Of a stretch of 56,738 nt of DNA, positions 18,772-28,283 are shown piece by piece (position 1 is the stretch's first letter; each line of letters starts with the position of its first letter). The notes under the pieces were generated by a model. That model was given only the letters and a program-made list of their open reading frames with translations. It searched no databases and was not told the DNA's origin. The stretch spans positions 1 to 56,738 of the forward strand of contig CAYPXO010000005.1 of the NCBI GenBank assembly GCA_964414895.1, read 5' to 3'. Made by a program: the position numbers and the translations under genes. This DNA comes from an uncultured Pseudomonadales bacterium (GTDB lineage: Bacteria > Patescibacteriota > Microgenomatia > UBA1400 > CAYNMC01).

Positions 18772-18993
18772 CTATGAATTTTCTATTCCAATTTCTCGAA
18801 TCATTTGGACGTCCTGAGCGCTAAAACGGATAACTCTTTGTGAGATAGTCGCTCCTATTCCTCCTTCTTTTACCATTCTAGTCAATTTTTCTAAAGAAAG
18901 TCCTGTCAGTTCGGCAACATGCTCCAAACTAAACATGAGGTGATTTGTCCCTGCTTGTCTTTCAACCACATACCAAAGTTCCTTTCCTCCCAT
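18772..18993 (-). CDS. small helix-turn-helix (excisionase/MerR-like) DNA-binding protein
   Basis: LEHVAELTGLSLEKLTRMVKEGGIGA..IRFSAQDVQMI resembles HTH_17-type domains. Start is uncertain (ATG 18993 or 18936). The track ORF overlaps the topA end. Confidence 0.4.
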   Translation of the reverse strand: MGGKELWYVVERQAGTNHLMFSLEHVAELTGLSLEKLTRMVKEGGIGATISQRVIRFSAQDVQMIREIGIENS

Positions 18994-19001
18994 ATCTAAA
19001 G

Positions 19002-21086
19002 TCAAGCAGGCCTCCGCCACGAGGCCCACTGGCATTTTGGCCAGCACTCACAGCCATAGAACTGCCTTCCTTTTCTAGTCTTTCTAATAATCACCGCTGC
19101 CCCACATTTGGGGCACTTTACTTTAGGAACTTTTTCCTTGTAATCATCCTTCCAATCGCAGTCAGGAAAACGTGAACAAGACAAAAACTTGCCAAAGCGG
19201 CCAGTGCGAATAACCACTTCTCCTTTTTTGCACTTCGGACATTTCCTGCCAGTTTTCTCTGCCTCTATCTTAACTCTTCTGGCCTTTTCCGCCACTTTTT
19301 TAAGCTTTTTTTCAAAAGGAGTATAAAACTCTTTTAAAATCGGCACCCATTTTCTCTCGCCTCTGGCGATCGCATCCAAATCCTCCTCCATTTGCGCGGT
19401 AAAAGGAATCTTTACAATCTCCGTAAATTCCTTTACCAAAAAGCGGTTGATTGCCTCGCCGATCGGCGTTGGCCAAAAACTACCCTCTTTTTTCTCTACA
19501 TAATTTCTTGCTTGCAGCAAAGAAATAATCGGCGCATAAGTTGATGGCCGGCCAATACCCTTGCTTTCCAAAGTCTTAACCAAAGAAGCTTCGTTGTAGC
19601 GCGGCGGCGGGCTGGTAAAGCTCTGATTGGGCAAGACATCAACCAGTTTTAATTTGTCACCCTTATTTAGTTTGGGCAAAAACTTTTCTTTCATCCTGCC
19701 ACCATAGAGCTTTAAAAAACCCTCAAAAAGAGTCCGCAGCCCAGAAGCTCTTAATAGATAAGGACCGGCTTTCACCTGCAGCCTGGTTTGAGCCAGCCGC
19801 GCTGCGGCCATCTGTGTTGCCACCGCCCGTTTCCAAATGAGAGCATACAAGCGCCTTTCATCTTTGCCGGTTGCCGGTTGCCGGTTGCCGGTTGCCAGTC
19901 GGCGAGTACTGGCTGCTGGCTGCTGGCTGCTGGCAACTACTTTAACATTCGTGGGACGAATGGCTTCATGCGCCTCTTGAGCTACTTTAGAACGAGTTTT
20001 GTAAACCCGCGGTTTTTCCTCGCAATACTCTTGCCCAAAATTATCCTTTATATATCTTCTCATCTGGTTAATCGCTCGGCTAGCTAAGGCAAAAGAGTCT
20101 GTCCGATGATAGGTAATGTAACCTTCTTCATAAAGCTTTTGCGCTAACATCATTGTTTTCTTGCCAGAAAAGCCGAAGCGATTGTGGGCTTTTTGCTGAA
20201 GAAGAGAAGTAGTAAAAGGCGGTGGTGGAGTTCTTTTCGTCTCTTTTTCCTCTATCTTATCTACGATAAAATCCTGTTTCTTTAAATCTCTCTCTATTTT
20301 CTTCACTTCTCTTTGATACTTGATACTTGATACTTGATACTTGTATTGTCCGGCAAAAAGATCCAAAATTATCCTTTTTTCATATTTCTTACCGTTTTTA
20401 GAATACAAAGAAGTAAGAAAATCAGCTTTTAGCTTGGAGCTTTTAGCTTTTAGCTTTGTTTCTATCGTCCAATATTCCTTCTTTTTAAACTTATCAATTT
20501 CCTTCTCTCTTTCCACAATCAAGCGCAGAGCAACCGACTGCACCCGGCCGGCAGACAAACCCCTCCTCACCTTTCTCCAAAGAAGTGGAGAAAGCTTATA
20601 ACCAACCAAACGATCCAAAATCCTCCTAGCCTGCTGGGCATGAACCAATTTTAGATCGATTTTGCCCGGACTCTTTAAAGCCTGTTGAACTGCCGATTTA
20701 GTAATTTCATGGAAGGTAATCCTTAAGAATTGGGAATTGGGAATTGGGAATTGGGAATTTGAGCACACCACGGTAACGTGGTGTGCGATTGCTTCGCCCT
20801 CCCTGTCCGGGTCAGTCGCCAAAATAATCTGCTTGGCCTTTTTCGCTCCCTTCTTCAACTTCTCAATTACTTCCTTTTTAGCAGGAATCAAAACGTATTC
20901 CGGCTTAAAGTTATGCTTCACATCAACAGCCAGCTTCTTTTTGGGCAAATCGCGAACATGTCCCATCGAAGCCATAATATTAAACTCTTTACCTAAAAAA
21001 CGGCCTAGAGTCCGTGCCTTGGTCGGCGATTCAACAATGACTAGGTTCATAATTTCTACCATACCCTTTCTGCACTTTTTTTGCAA
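19002..21086 (-). CDS. topA: DNA topoisomerase I
   Basis: Toprim N-terminus LVIVESPTKA, active-site region YITYHRTDS, C-terminal Cys4 zinc ribbons. The likely start is ATG 21062 or 21050 rather than TTG 21086. Confidence 0.95.
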   Translation of the reverse strand: MQKKCRKGMVEIMNLVIVESPTKARTLGRFLGKEFNIMASMGHVRDLPKKKLAVDVKHNFKPEYVLIPAKKEVIEKLKKGAKKAKQIILATDPDREGEAIAHHVTVVCSNSQFPIPNSQFLRITFHEITKSAVQQALKSPGKIDLKLVHAQQARRILDRLVGYKLSPLLWRKVRRGLSAGRVQSVALRLIVEREKEIDKFKKKEYWTIETKLKAKSSKLKADFLTSLYSKNGKKYEKRIILDLFAGQYKYQVSSIKYQREVKKIERDLKKQDFIVDKIEEKETKRTPPPPFTTSLLQQKAHNRFGFSGKKTMMLAQKLYEEGYITYHRTDSFALASRAINQMRRYIKDNFGQEYCEEKPRVYKTRSKVAQEAHEAIRPTNVKVVASSQQPAASTRRLATGNRQPATGKDERRLYALIWKRAVATQMAAARLAQTRLQVKAGPYLLRASGLRTLFEGFLKLYGGRMKEKFLPKLNKGDKLKLVDVLPNQSFTSPPPRYNEASLVKTLESKGIGRPSTYAPIISLLQARNYVEKKEGSFWPTPIGEAINRFLVKEFTEIVKIPFTAQMEEDLDAIARGERKWVPILKEFYTPFEKKLKKVAEKARRVKIEAEKTGRKCPKCKKGEVVIRTGRFGKFLSCSRFPDCDWKDDYKEKVPKVKCPKCGAAVIIRKTRKGRQFYGCECWPKCQWASWRRPA
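19864..19936. repeat. paired heptanucleotide tracts (TTGCCGG)x4-5 ... (CTGGCTG)x3-4 inside topA
   Basis: Counted directly. Translated as ..ASSQQPAASTRRLATGNRQPATG... The arms are partly complementary. Confidence 0.9.
20314..20346. repeat. (TGATACT)x4 heptanucleotide tract inside topA
   Basis: Counted directly at 20314-20341 plus a partial unit. Encodes ..YKYQVSSIKYQ.. Confidence 0.9.
20424..20458. repeat. (AGCTTTT)x5 degenerate heptanucleotide tract inside topA
   Basis: Counted directly. Encodes ..KLKAKSSKLKA.. Confidence 0.85.
20727..20761. repeat. (GAATTGG)x4-5 heptanucleotide tract inside topA
   Basis: Counted directly. Encodes ..NSQFPIPNSQF.. Confidence 0.9.
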
Positions 21087-21163
21087 ACAAAAAATTCTCT
21101 TTCTCCATTTATCCTACTTTAACAAATTTAACAAAGCGATAATCGTCAGCTCAAACAATAATC

Positions 21164-21198
21164 TTATTATTTAGTATACTATATATACTAAATAATAA
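21164..21198. promoter_or_regulatory. 35-bp perfect AT-rich palindrome TTATTATTTAGTATA-CTATA-TATACTAAATAATAA (candidate promoter/operator)
   Basis: 15-bp perfect arms. Lies ~80-110 bp upstream of topA. Recurs at 49864-49898 and, split, at 9590-9604/9760-9774. Contains TATACT -10-like hexamers on both strands. Confidence 0.45.
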
Positions 21199-21278
21199 CT
21201 TCCTATCTTTATTTTTTATCTACTTGTTAATTAATTGTTACTAACTTCCAATAAAATCCTGAAAAACCACAAAATAAA

Positions 21279-22403
21279 CTATAAACAATATTCACCATTG
21301 CCCAAATTTTTTATCATCCCCTTTAGTTCCATTTGTGTTAAAGCCGAAGAAACTTCTGAAGCTGATGAGCCAACTTCCCGAACAACCTCATCTAAATGCT
21401 TAATGCCGCTAGTCAGTGTCTGCCAAATCTTTTCCTCTGTTTGGTTGCTAAATTTGAGTTCTTTTTTCGCTGAAAAACTATTTGATTTTAATAGTTTTAA
21501 GTTTTGCGCTGTGGTTTTGAGCTTTGAGTTTTGAGTTTTGAGATTTATTAAAATGTCTTCCCCTTTCGTCACCAATTTTGCTCCTTCTTTAATTAACCTG
21601 CTTGGACCGGCCGAAAGCTGTGAAGTAATCGGCCCAGGCACAGCAAAAACCGGCCGGCCAAGCTCCTTAGCAAAACCAGCAGTAATTAGACTTCCTGAAT
21701 CTGAACTGCCTTCAACAACTACTGTTCCCAAACCTAAACCAGCCAAAGTTTTGTTTCTTGCCGGAAAATTGCCAGGTAAAGATGACAATCCCAAAGGAAA
21801 TTGGCTAATAAGAGCTCCCTGTTGACAGATCTTTTCAGATAAAGCTTTGTTCTCCGGCGGGTAGATAGTATCCAAACCATGGCCGACCACTGCCAAAGTT
21901 CGGCCACCATATTTTAGCGCCGCCCGATGGGCGGCGCTGTCCACTCCCCGTGCCAAACCAGAAACCACAACTACATTATTAGCTACCAAGCTGGAAACAA
22001 GTCGCTCGGTTGCCTGCCGACCGTAGCTAGTAATTCTTCTAGTTCCCACTACAGTTATAGCTAGTGAGTCCTGAACCTTAACCTCTCCTTTTATGTAAAG
22101 CAAAAATGGCCCTCTATCAGCACTTTTCAACAATCTTGGATACTCCTTACCCTCCAAAGTAATAAATCTTATAAGACTTTTTTCTAATCGAAGCTTATAC
22201 GAAGAAATACTAAACTCTTCTCTAAATTGCAAAAAACTCTCTTTTAATTTATCCGGAAAGTTGATTTCTTGCCAAATCTCTTTTTTCGCTTGCCAAGCTT
22301 TCTTGGCACTACCAAAGATTGCCAAAATCTTGGCAAACCTTTTTTTCCCAATGCCCTTAAAAACATTAAAGCCAAGCCAGTAGTCTTTTTCTTTAAGCCT
22401 CAT
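21279..22403 (-). CDS. dprA: DNA-processing protein DprA/Smf
   Basis: Rossmann-like core GLARGVDSAAHRAAL.. and a C-terminal winged-helix-like tail. In-frame repeat insertion at 21493-21545. Confidence 0.9.
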   Translation of the reverse strand: MRLKEKDYWLGFNVFKGIGKKRFAKILAIFGSAKKAWQAKKEIWQEINFPDKLKESFLQFREEFSISSYKLRLEKSLIRFITLEGKEYPRLLKSADRGPFLLYIKGEVKVQDSLAITVVGTRRITSYGRQATERLVSSLVANNVVVVSGLARGVDSAAHRAALKYGGRTLAVVGHGLDTIYPPENKALSEKICQQGALISQFPLGLSSLPGNFPARNKTLAGLGLGTVVVEGSSDSGSLITAGFAKELGRPVFAVPGPITSQLSAGPSRLIKEGAKLVTKGEDILINLKTQNSKLKTTAQNLKLLKSNSFSAKKELKFSNQTEEKIWQTLTSGIKHLDEVVREVGSSASEVSSALTQMELKGMIKNLGNGEYCL

Positions 22404-22469
22404 TTATCACAAAAGTTCTTCAAAATTTTTACCATACTTCATTTGCGGGTGCGAAAAAGTACGCTAATT

Positions 22470-23456
22470 TCAAAGCTTTAACTTTTTAAGTTTCTGTTTA
22501 TACCCTCTCATCACCACCTTTCTTTTATCTTCTGGGTGGAATAAAAGACGGTGGGCTTCAATTTTTTCTTTGGTTCGCTTGCCAGCCATATATTTGAGTT
22601 GCAACCAGCGCAAAAAATTCTCAATTAGAGAAAGGGCAAAGCTCAAAGCGCAAAGCGAAAAACTACAACTCAAAGCGCAAAACTTTTTAAAGTTTTTACT
22701 TTTACGCTGTCGCTTTACACTTTTAGCTTTTAGCTCTAAGCTTGGCAGGAAATCTTTTACCCAACTGTTTACTCCTAAAAACCTCCCATAAACTCCCCTC
22801 TCCCACAAAGGCCTCATCTGCCCCACCTCATGTGCCGTAAACAAATCTCTCTCCTTTGCCGGCACTCCCATCCCTATTTCATCAACAAACATATTGAGGC
22901 AAATTTTATCTTTGAATTTTTTATCTCTAGGCTTTCGCCGCCAACCAAGAAAATCAAAAAGAAGAGTAACTAAAAACCTTGTTGTCCATAAGGTGTTAAC
23001 CTTGCAAATAACAAAAAAATCAATATCATCATCTTTATCCACATTACTAACCGCCAGCCCGCCGGAAACACCAACCAATAAAACCGAAGGGAAAATCTTT
23101 AGCCACTTTGTTCTCTTCTCCGCCAGCCTCATTTTCTCCACTGCCCATTTTTCTTTTTGCAATCGTTGCTTAACTAAGTTCTTTCTTTCGGGAAGAAAGT
23201 AAAAATTGTCCTTTTCCCCAATTCTATTCTCTTTAACTAATTTCCTTAATATTGATTTAAATTGCTCTTTTTTAGTTTTAAGTTTTGCACTGTAGTTTTG
23301 AGTTTTTAGCTTTGCGCTTTGCGCTTTAAGGAAAACCTCGTTTTCCTTAATTGGCCAATCAAAAAGATCAGCATAAGCAAGGGTTTTCAAAATAGATTGC
23401 TCTATTACTTTATGTTGCCTCATTACTATACTATTGAATAACTCCTGAATAACCAC
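22470..23456 (-). CDS. hypothetical protein with nucleotidyltransferase-like motif
   Basis: GVSGGLAVSNVDKDDDIDFFVI resembles the pol-beta NTase G[SG]..D.D signature. Carries two in-frame repeat tracts (22634-22740, 23270-23331). Confidence 0.45.
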   Translation of the reverse strand: MVIQELFNSIVMRQHKVIEQSILKTLAYADLFDWPIKENEVFLKAQSAKLKTQNYSAKLKTKKEQFKSILRKLVKENRIGEKDNFYFLPERKNLVKQRLQKEKWAVEKMRLAEKRTKWLKIFPSVLLVGVSGGLAVSNVDKDDDIDFFVICKVNTLWTTRFLVTLLFDFLGWRRKPRDKKFKDKICLNMFVDEIGMGVPAKERDLFTAHEVGQMRPLWERGVYGRFLGVNSWVKDFLPSLELKAKSVKRQRKSKNFKKFCALSCSFSLCALSFALSLIENFLRWLQLKYMAGKRTKEKIEAHRLLFHPEDKRKVVMRGYKQKLKKLKL

Positions 23457-23636
23457 CGAATAACAATGAATTTTTATTCTCTTCTAAAACTCTAAAACAC
23501 TGCCTGCCAACAGGCGGATCTCTAACTCTAAAACTCTGACTATTTCTCTTAACTACTCTACCTTGCTTCGGAACTCTTGACAAGAAGAAGAAGAAGTAAA
23601 ATAGCCCCAAATTAAAAAATTTCATAGGAGGTGAAA

Positions 23637-23909
23637 ATGGAAAGTCAAGTAATTCCAGAGCAAGAAGTTCCAAAAAAAGTTGAAGGTTATATTATCGAAT
23701 CAGAGCCGGGGCAATACTTAACAAAAGAAAGATTTTGGTATAGGCATGAAGAATCTGAAGGGGAAAAACCTTATGTCCATCCTGCTGAAACCCTTGAAGA
23801 TATAAGAAAGAGTGCTTCAGAATGGAAATTCAAACCTAGAGAAATATATCCCGCTACCTACAACCCCCAGACAGCGCCCAAAATAGAAGGTGAGGCAAGC
23901 GAATTTTAA
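23637..23909 (+). CDS. small acidic hypothetical protein
   Basis: ATG preceded by TAGGAGGTGAAA. It is the only plus-strand gene inside a 28-kb minus-strand run. Confidence 0.5.
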   Translation: MESQVIPEQEVPKKVEGYIIESEPGQYLTKERFWYRHEESEGEKPYVHPAETLEDIRKSASEWKFKPREIYPATYNPQTAPKIEGEASEF

Positions 23910-24060
23910 TTAAAAAAGCGCTAATAAAAAAGGTGCGGCCGTGTCAAAAATACTACCACTTTTTACAATATAGCCCTTGCACCCGCAAGTCGTTTATGTA
24001 AAAATAAAAGAGATCCTTCGTCTTCGACAAAGCCTGCCTGCCGGTAGGCAAGGCTCAGGT

Positions 24061-25785
24061 TCAGGATGACGAGGGGCGGTTTTCAAACCACCATTTCAAA
24101 ATCTCTTTGGCAATTGGGCTGGCCACTTCAGAGCCCTCCCCTCCATTTTCCACCAAAACAGTTAAAACAATCTCCGGGTTTTCAATCGGCGCAAAAACCG
24201 TAAACCAAGCATGGGGCTCGGACTTTTCTCCCGGCGACTCCGCTGTTCCTGTTTTACAACCAACTTCTATCCTTTTGAAATCTGCCGAGGTGGTAGCCGG
24301 ACCACCCGTGCCAAAATCAAAAAAAGGAAAGCCCGTTCCATTTTTCTCTCCTTCTTTCTGTCCCCGCAAACACGCCTGCCTCATCCCTTCTCTTACCAAA
24401 ACTAAATTTTCCTCAGAAATTTCCAAAGAACGACAGCTTGAAGTACTCACTAGATCATGCGGCCGTTGGTCATAGTAAGTATCTTGTTGGCCGTTTTTAA
24501 TTGCCTTAAGCAATTTTGGCAAACATAATTTCCCTTGATTGGCAATAACTGTCGTCATCATATTCACCTGTAAAGGGGTAGCCAATAAATCTCCCTGGCC
24601 AATGGCGGTAATAAAATCATCTCCCAAAAACCAACTCTCGCCCTTAACCTCTCTTTTCCAGTCTTCACTAGGCACCAGGCCCTTGGCTTCACCCGGCAAA
24701 TCAATACCAACCACCTCACCAAAACCAAGCTTACCCGCCCAACTGCCCAACCTTTCTATCCCCAGTCTTTCTCCAACTCGATAAAAGAAAATATCATTAG
24801 AACGCTTGATCGCCTTAACAATATCCACCACCCCTTCTGTTCCTCCATATTGGCGATAATACCAGTTGCCAAAAACCCAATCACCTATCTTGATTTGTCC
24901 GCTATCTTCAATTATTGTATCTTTATCAATCTCCTTTTCTTGCAAACCAGCCAAAGCAGTAACAATCTTAAAGGTCGATGCTGGTGGATAAACGCCTGAA
25001 ATGGCCCGATTGAACATCGGCTGGCTTTCATCATTCAAAATCTTTTGAAGTTCTTCTTGACGCTTGACGCTTGACACTTGACGCTCTTTGCTAAAAACAT
25101 TCGGATCAAAGGAAGGCGTTGAGACCAAAGCCAAGATTTCTCCTGTATCCGCCAAACTGGCAACTACCGCCCCTTTTTTATCCTCCATTGCTTCAAAAAC
25201 CTTTTTCTGCAACTCTAAATCAACGGTTAACTGCAAGCTCTCCCCGGCAATCGGCTCTTTTCTTCCTAAATCTCTTATCTTTTCTCCTTGAGCATCAAAT
25301 TCTTCCAAAATACCACCGTCTCCTCCACGCAAAAGTAAATCATATTCCTTTTCAATCCCCATCTTGCCAATTAAGTCACCGGCAACATAAATGCAATCCT
25401 GAGGAGAAGTCTGACCAATTTTGTGAGCCTTCTCAATGCGAGCGCCGCTAACTTCCTCTAAAGCAGAAGAGTTTTCTCGCGAGTCTGATTCTGAAGGCGA
25501 TATCAAAATTGCGTTAGACGACTCCTCGCAAGAGCTTAGCTCCTCCTTACTTATCTCCCCAATATAACCCAAAAGATGGGCGAAAACCGATCCATAGACA
25601 TATTCTCTCCCCTCAGGCGTATTGCGCACCAAAAGCTCTCCAGTCCGATCATAAACAACGCCTCGCAAAGCAGGAATATTTTTAATTTTTATCCGATTGC
25701 CCTCTGCCAATTGGCGATAATAGTCTCCACGAACAATTTGCAGAACAAAAAGCCTGCTTATAAGAACCCCAAAACCTAGAATCAA
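24061..25785 (-). CDS. mrdA: penicillin-binding protein 2 (elongasome transpeptidase)
   Basis: SxxK (ASTFK), SxN (RSND) and KTG (CKTGTA) motifs, N-terminal TM. Adjacent to mreBCD. Confidence 0.85.
   Translation of the reverse strand: MILGFGVLISRLFVLQIVRGDYYRQLAEGNRIKIKNIPALRGVVYDRTGELLVRNTPEGREYVYGSVFAHLLGYIGEISKEELSSCEESSNAILISPSESDSRENSSALEEVSGARIEKAHKIGQTSPQDCIYVAGDLIGKMGIEKEYDLLLRGGDGGILEEFDAQGEKIRDLGRKEPIAGESLQLTVDLELQKKVFEAMEDKKGAVVASLADTGEILALVSTPSFDPNVFSKERQVSSVKRQEELQKILNDESQPMFNRAISGVYPPASTFKIVTALAGLQEKEIDKDTIIEDSGQIKIGDWVFGNWYYRQYGGTEGVVDIVKAIKRSNDIFFYRVGERLGIERLGSWAGKLGFGEVVGIDLPGEAKGLVPSEDWKREVKGESWFLGDDFITAIGQGDLLATPLQVNMMTTVIANQGKLCLPKLLKAIKNGQQDTYYDQRPHDLVSTSSCRSLEISEENLVLVREGMRQACLRGQKEGEKNGTGFPFFDFGTGGPATTSADFKRIEVGCKTGTAESPGEKSEPHAWFTVFAPIENPEIVLTVLVENGGEGSEVASPIAKEILKWWFENRPSSS
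25056..25083. repeat. (CTTGACG)x4 heptanucleotide tract inside PBP2
   Basis: Counted directly, one unit variant. Encodes ..SKERQVSSVKRQEE.. Confidence 0.9.
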
Positions 25786-25901
25786 AATAAAAAGAAAAAG
25801 TTTTTCTCTCAGATGAATAAATCCTTAGAAGTTAGAAGGTAGAAAATTGAAAAGAGAAATCTATCTTCTATCTTCTAAGTTCTACTTTCTATTCTAATTG
25901 T

Positions 25902-26348
25902 TTAAAAATCAGAAATTCTTAATTTTCCTCCTTCCTGCTCTCTTTCTTCAAAAAGACCTAACCGGCTAACAAACCAAAAAAGAGGCAAAGATAAAAAAGC
26001 CATTATTAATCCTTCTTTTAAGCGCCAGCCCTGCCCTTTAAGCAAACGGAAACTCAAACTTCCAAGAAAAAAAAACAAAAGCCAAAAAAATAAATTTCCA
26101 GCATGAAAGCGCTTTTTGTAAAAAATTATCAAAAAAGCGGCTGCCAGCAAAGCTAAACTGGACAAACCAAGCCGGTTGCCGGTAAATAAATCCAAAAGTA
26201 TCCCGCCGGCAAAAGCAAAAACTAAACCCTCCATCTCCAACCCAGTAAAATTCAATAACAAAACAAAAATAAGCAAAAAATTAAAATCAATAATTGTTGT
26301 TTGAAGAAGAACTAAAAGAAAAACCGGAAAAACCAACCACCATTTCAT
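25902..26348 (-). CDS. mreD: rod shape-determining protein MreD (polytopic membrane protein)
   Basis: 148-aa multi-TM ORF directly downstream of mreC. Assignment is positional. Confidence 0.6.
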   Translation of the reverse strand: MKWWLVFPVFLLVLLQTTIIDFNFLLIFVLLLNFTGLEMEGLVFAFAGGILLDLFTGNRLGLSSLALLAAAFLIIFYKKRFHAGNLFFWLLFFFLGSLSFRLLKGQGWRLKEGLIMAFLSLPLFWFVSRLGLFEEREQEGGKLRISDF

Positions 26349-26357
26349 AAGCCAATT

Positions 26358-27137
26358 CTAAATCCTAACCATCACTACTTTCAAGGCTTGATAATCAAGC
26401 AAAGACTTAACCTCTGCTTTTTTATAAAGCTTTACATCGTCTTTAAAAATTTCTTCAATTTTCCCTATAGGCAAATCTGGCGGATAAATAGCCTCTTCTC
26501 CGCTAGTAACTATTAATTGGCCATTTTCCAGCTTTACCTCTTGCAAAATTTCCTCCAAAACCAAACCGCTTGAAGAAAGGCCTCCCAAAATCCCCTTTTC
26601 TCCTGTTGGCAAAATCTTAACTTTTATCCTGCTCTCTTCGCTTACCGGCAGTAAAACTTGAGCACTATGGGGTGTTGTCTCTATTATTCTTCCTACTAAA
26701 ATCTTGCTACTTAAAACCACCGCTCCCTTATAAAGCCCATCTTTTTCTCCTTTATCTATCCTCATCAAACCATCAATAACTGCCAAATTTTTAGCCAGAA
26801 GTAAAGATTCTTTTCCGTTGGTCTTGACCGCTAGACTTTCTCTCAAAGCTTTATTTTCCTCCTCCAAGCTAGCCGTCTTTGCCTCAAGAACAGCTTTCTC
26901 TCCTTCTAAAAAGTCAATTTTTGACTGCAGGATAGCCGAATTTTGAGAAGAGTCTCTCTGAGAATAAAAAGCCTTAAACGGCTTACCTATCTCCCATCTA
27001 AGAGGATTGATTAACTTTTCTGTGGTTGCCCGCAATTCTTTTAGTAAAGAAAAATAATCGGCAATCATCAATAAAATAGAAAAGCCAGCGAGGATAAAAA
27101 ATAAACTTAAGTTTCTAGAAAAGGTGGTGGCTATCAT
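26358..27137 (-). CDS. mreC: rod shape-determining protein MreC
   Basis: N-terminal TM, coiled-coil, then beta-rich C-terminus. ATG 27135-27137 overlaps the mreB stop (ATGA), so it is preferred over the track start at 27200. Confidence 0.8.
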   Translation of the reverse strand: MIATTFSRNLSLFFILAGFSILLMIADYFSLLKELRATTEKLINPLRWEIGKPFKAFYSQRDSSQNSAILQSKIDFLEGEKAVLEAKTASLEEENKALRESLAVKTNGKESLLLAKNLAVIDGLMRIDKGEKDGLYKGAVVLSSKILVGRIIETTPHSAQVLLPVSEESRIKVKILPTGEKGILGGLSSSGLVLEEILQEVKLENGQLIVTSGEEAIYPPDLPIGKIEEIFKDDVKLYKKAEVKSLLDYQALKVVMVRI

Positions 27138-28183
27138 CTCAACCCCCCGACTACCTTTACTCGATCCAACAATTTCTGATTTTCCAAAAGCTTGCCGCAA
27201 CCACGAACAACGGCCGCCTGAGGATCGTCAACTATCCAAACAGGCATTTTTGTCTTTTCCGCTACTACCTTGTCAATTCCCGGCAAATAGGAACTCCCGC
27301 CAGCCATCACAATCCCATTTTCTAAAATATCGGCTACCAACTCGGGCGGAGTCTCCTCCAAAACCTCTCCCAAAACCACTATTATTTGCTGAACAATTGA
27401 AGCCAAAGCTTCCCTTATTTCTGTTGAAGTCAGTTTCAAAGAACGAGGCAAACCCGACTCCATGCTACGGCCGCGGACAACAAACTGTTTTTCTTTAGGC
27501 AATTTAACTACGGAGCCAATATTGATTTTGACCTCTTCGGCACTGGCAAGCCCGATGTGTAAACCGTGCTTTAATCTGACAAAATTAACTATTGCCTCAT
27601 CCATTTCATCCCCGGCTGTCCGCAGGCTTCTTTGCAAAACAATTCCCCCTAGTGAGATAACTGCTATTTCCGTCGTTCCTCCTCCAATATCAACCACCAG
27701 CTGTCCTTGAGCGTCTTCAACCGGCAAGCCGGCGCCAATAGCAGCCGCCATTGGCTCCTCAACCAAAAAACAAGCTCGGGCTCCGGCAGAAAGAGCGGCA
27801 TCGGCTACCGCCCGCCTTTCTACCTCAGTCACTCCGGCAGGAATACCAACTACTACTTTTGGCTTGGGAATTCTAGGAATAACTCCCGGCGATTGATGAA
27901 TAAGGCGAATGTAATGCTCAAGCATCGCCAAAGTGGCATCAAAATCAGCAATCACTCCATCTTTAAGCGGCCTTATTACTTCAATCTCTTCCGGGGTTTT
28001 GCCGGCCATCCTTTTTGCCTTGCTGCCGATAGATAAAATTTTTGCCGGTTTTTTTCTGGACCGGGCCACTACCGAGGGCTCATTGATAACAACCTCTTTT
28101 CCCCTAACCCAAACTAAAGTATTGGCCGTTCCCAAATCAATTCCCAAATCATAAGAAAAAAAAGAAAATAAAAAATCAAGCAT
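27134..28183 (-). CDS. mreB: rod shape-determining protein MreB
   Basis: Actin-fold motifs DLGTANT, VVDIGGGTTE, GIVMAGGSS. Confidence 0.95.
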   Translation of the reverse strand: MLDFLFSFFSYDLGIDLGTANTLVWVRGKEVVINEPSVVARSRKKPAKILSIGSKAKRMAGKTPEEIEVIRPLKDGVIADFDATLAMLEHYIRLIHQSPGVIPRIPKPKVVVGIPAGVTEVERRAVADAALSAGARACFLVEEPMAAAIGAGLPVEDAQGQLVVDIGGGTTEIAVISLGGIVLQRSLRTAGDEMDEAIVNFVRLKHGLHIGLASAEEVKINIGSVVKLPKEKQFVVRGRSMESGLPRSLKLTSTEIREALASIVQQIIVVLGEVLEETPPELVADILENGIVMAGGSSYLPGIDKVVAEKTKMPVWIVDDPQAAVVRGCGKLLENQKLLDRVKVVGGLR

Positions 28184-28283
28184 GCTTTCATTTTAGCACG
28201 GAAAAAAATTGACTAAAAGAATAAGCCAATAAAATAATTACCTACTTGACAAAAAAGCCTAAAATCCCTTTTAATGAAAGCTA

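Noticed and set aside
28184-28283. Replication origin or strand-switch point at the mreB / surface-gene divergence
   Set aside because: The only evidence is a change in gene orientation. I saw no DnaA-box cluster and no dnaA or dnaN nearby.
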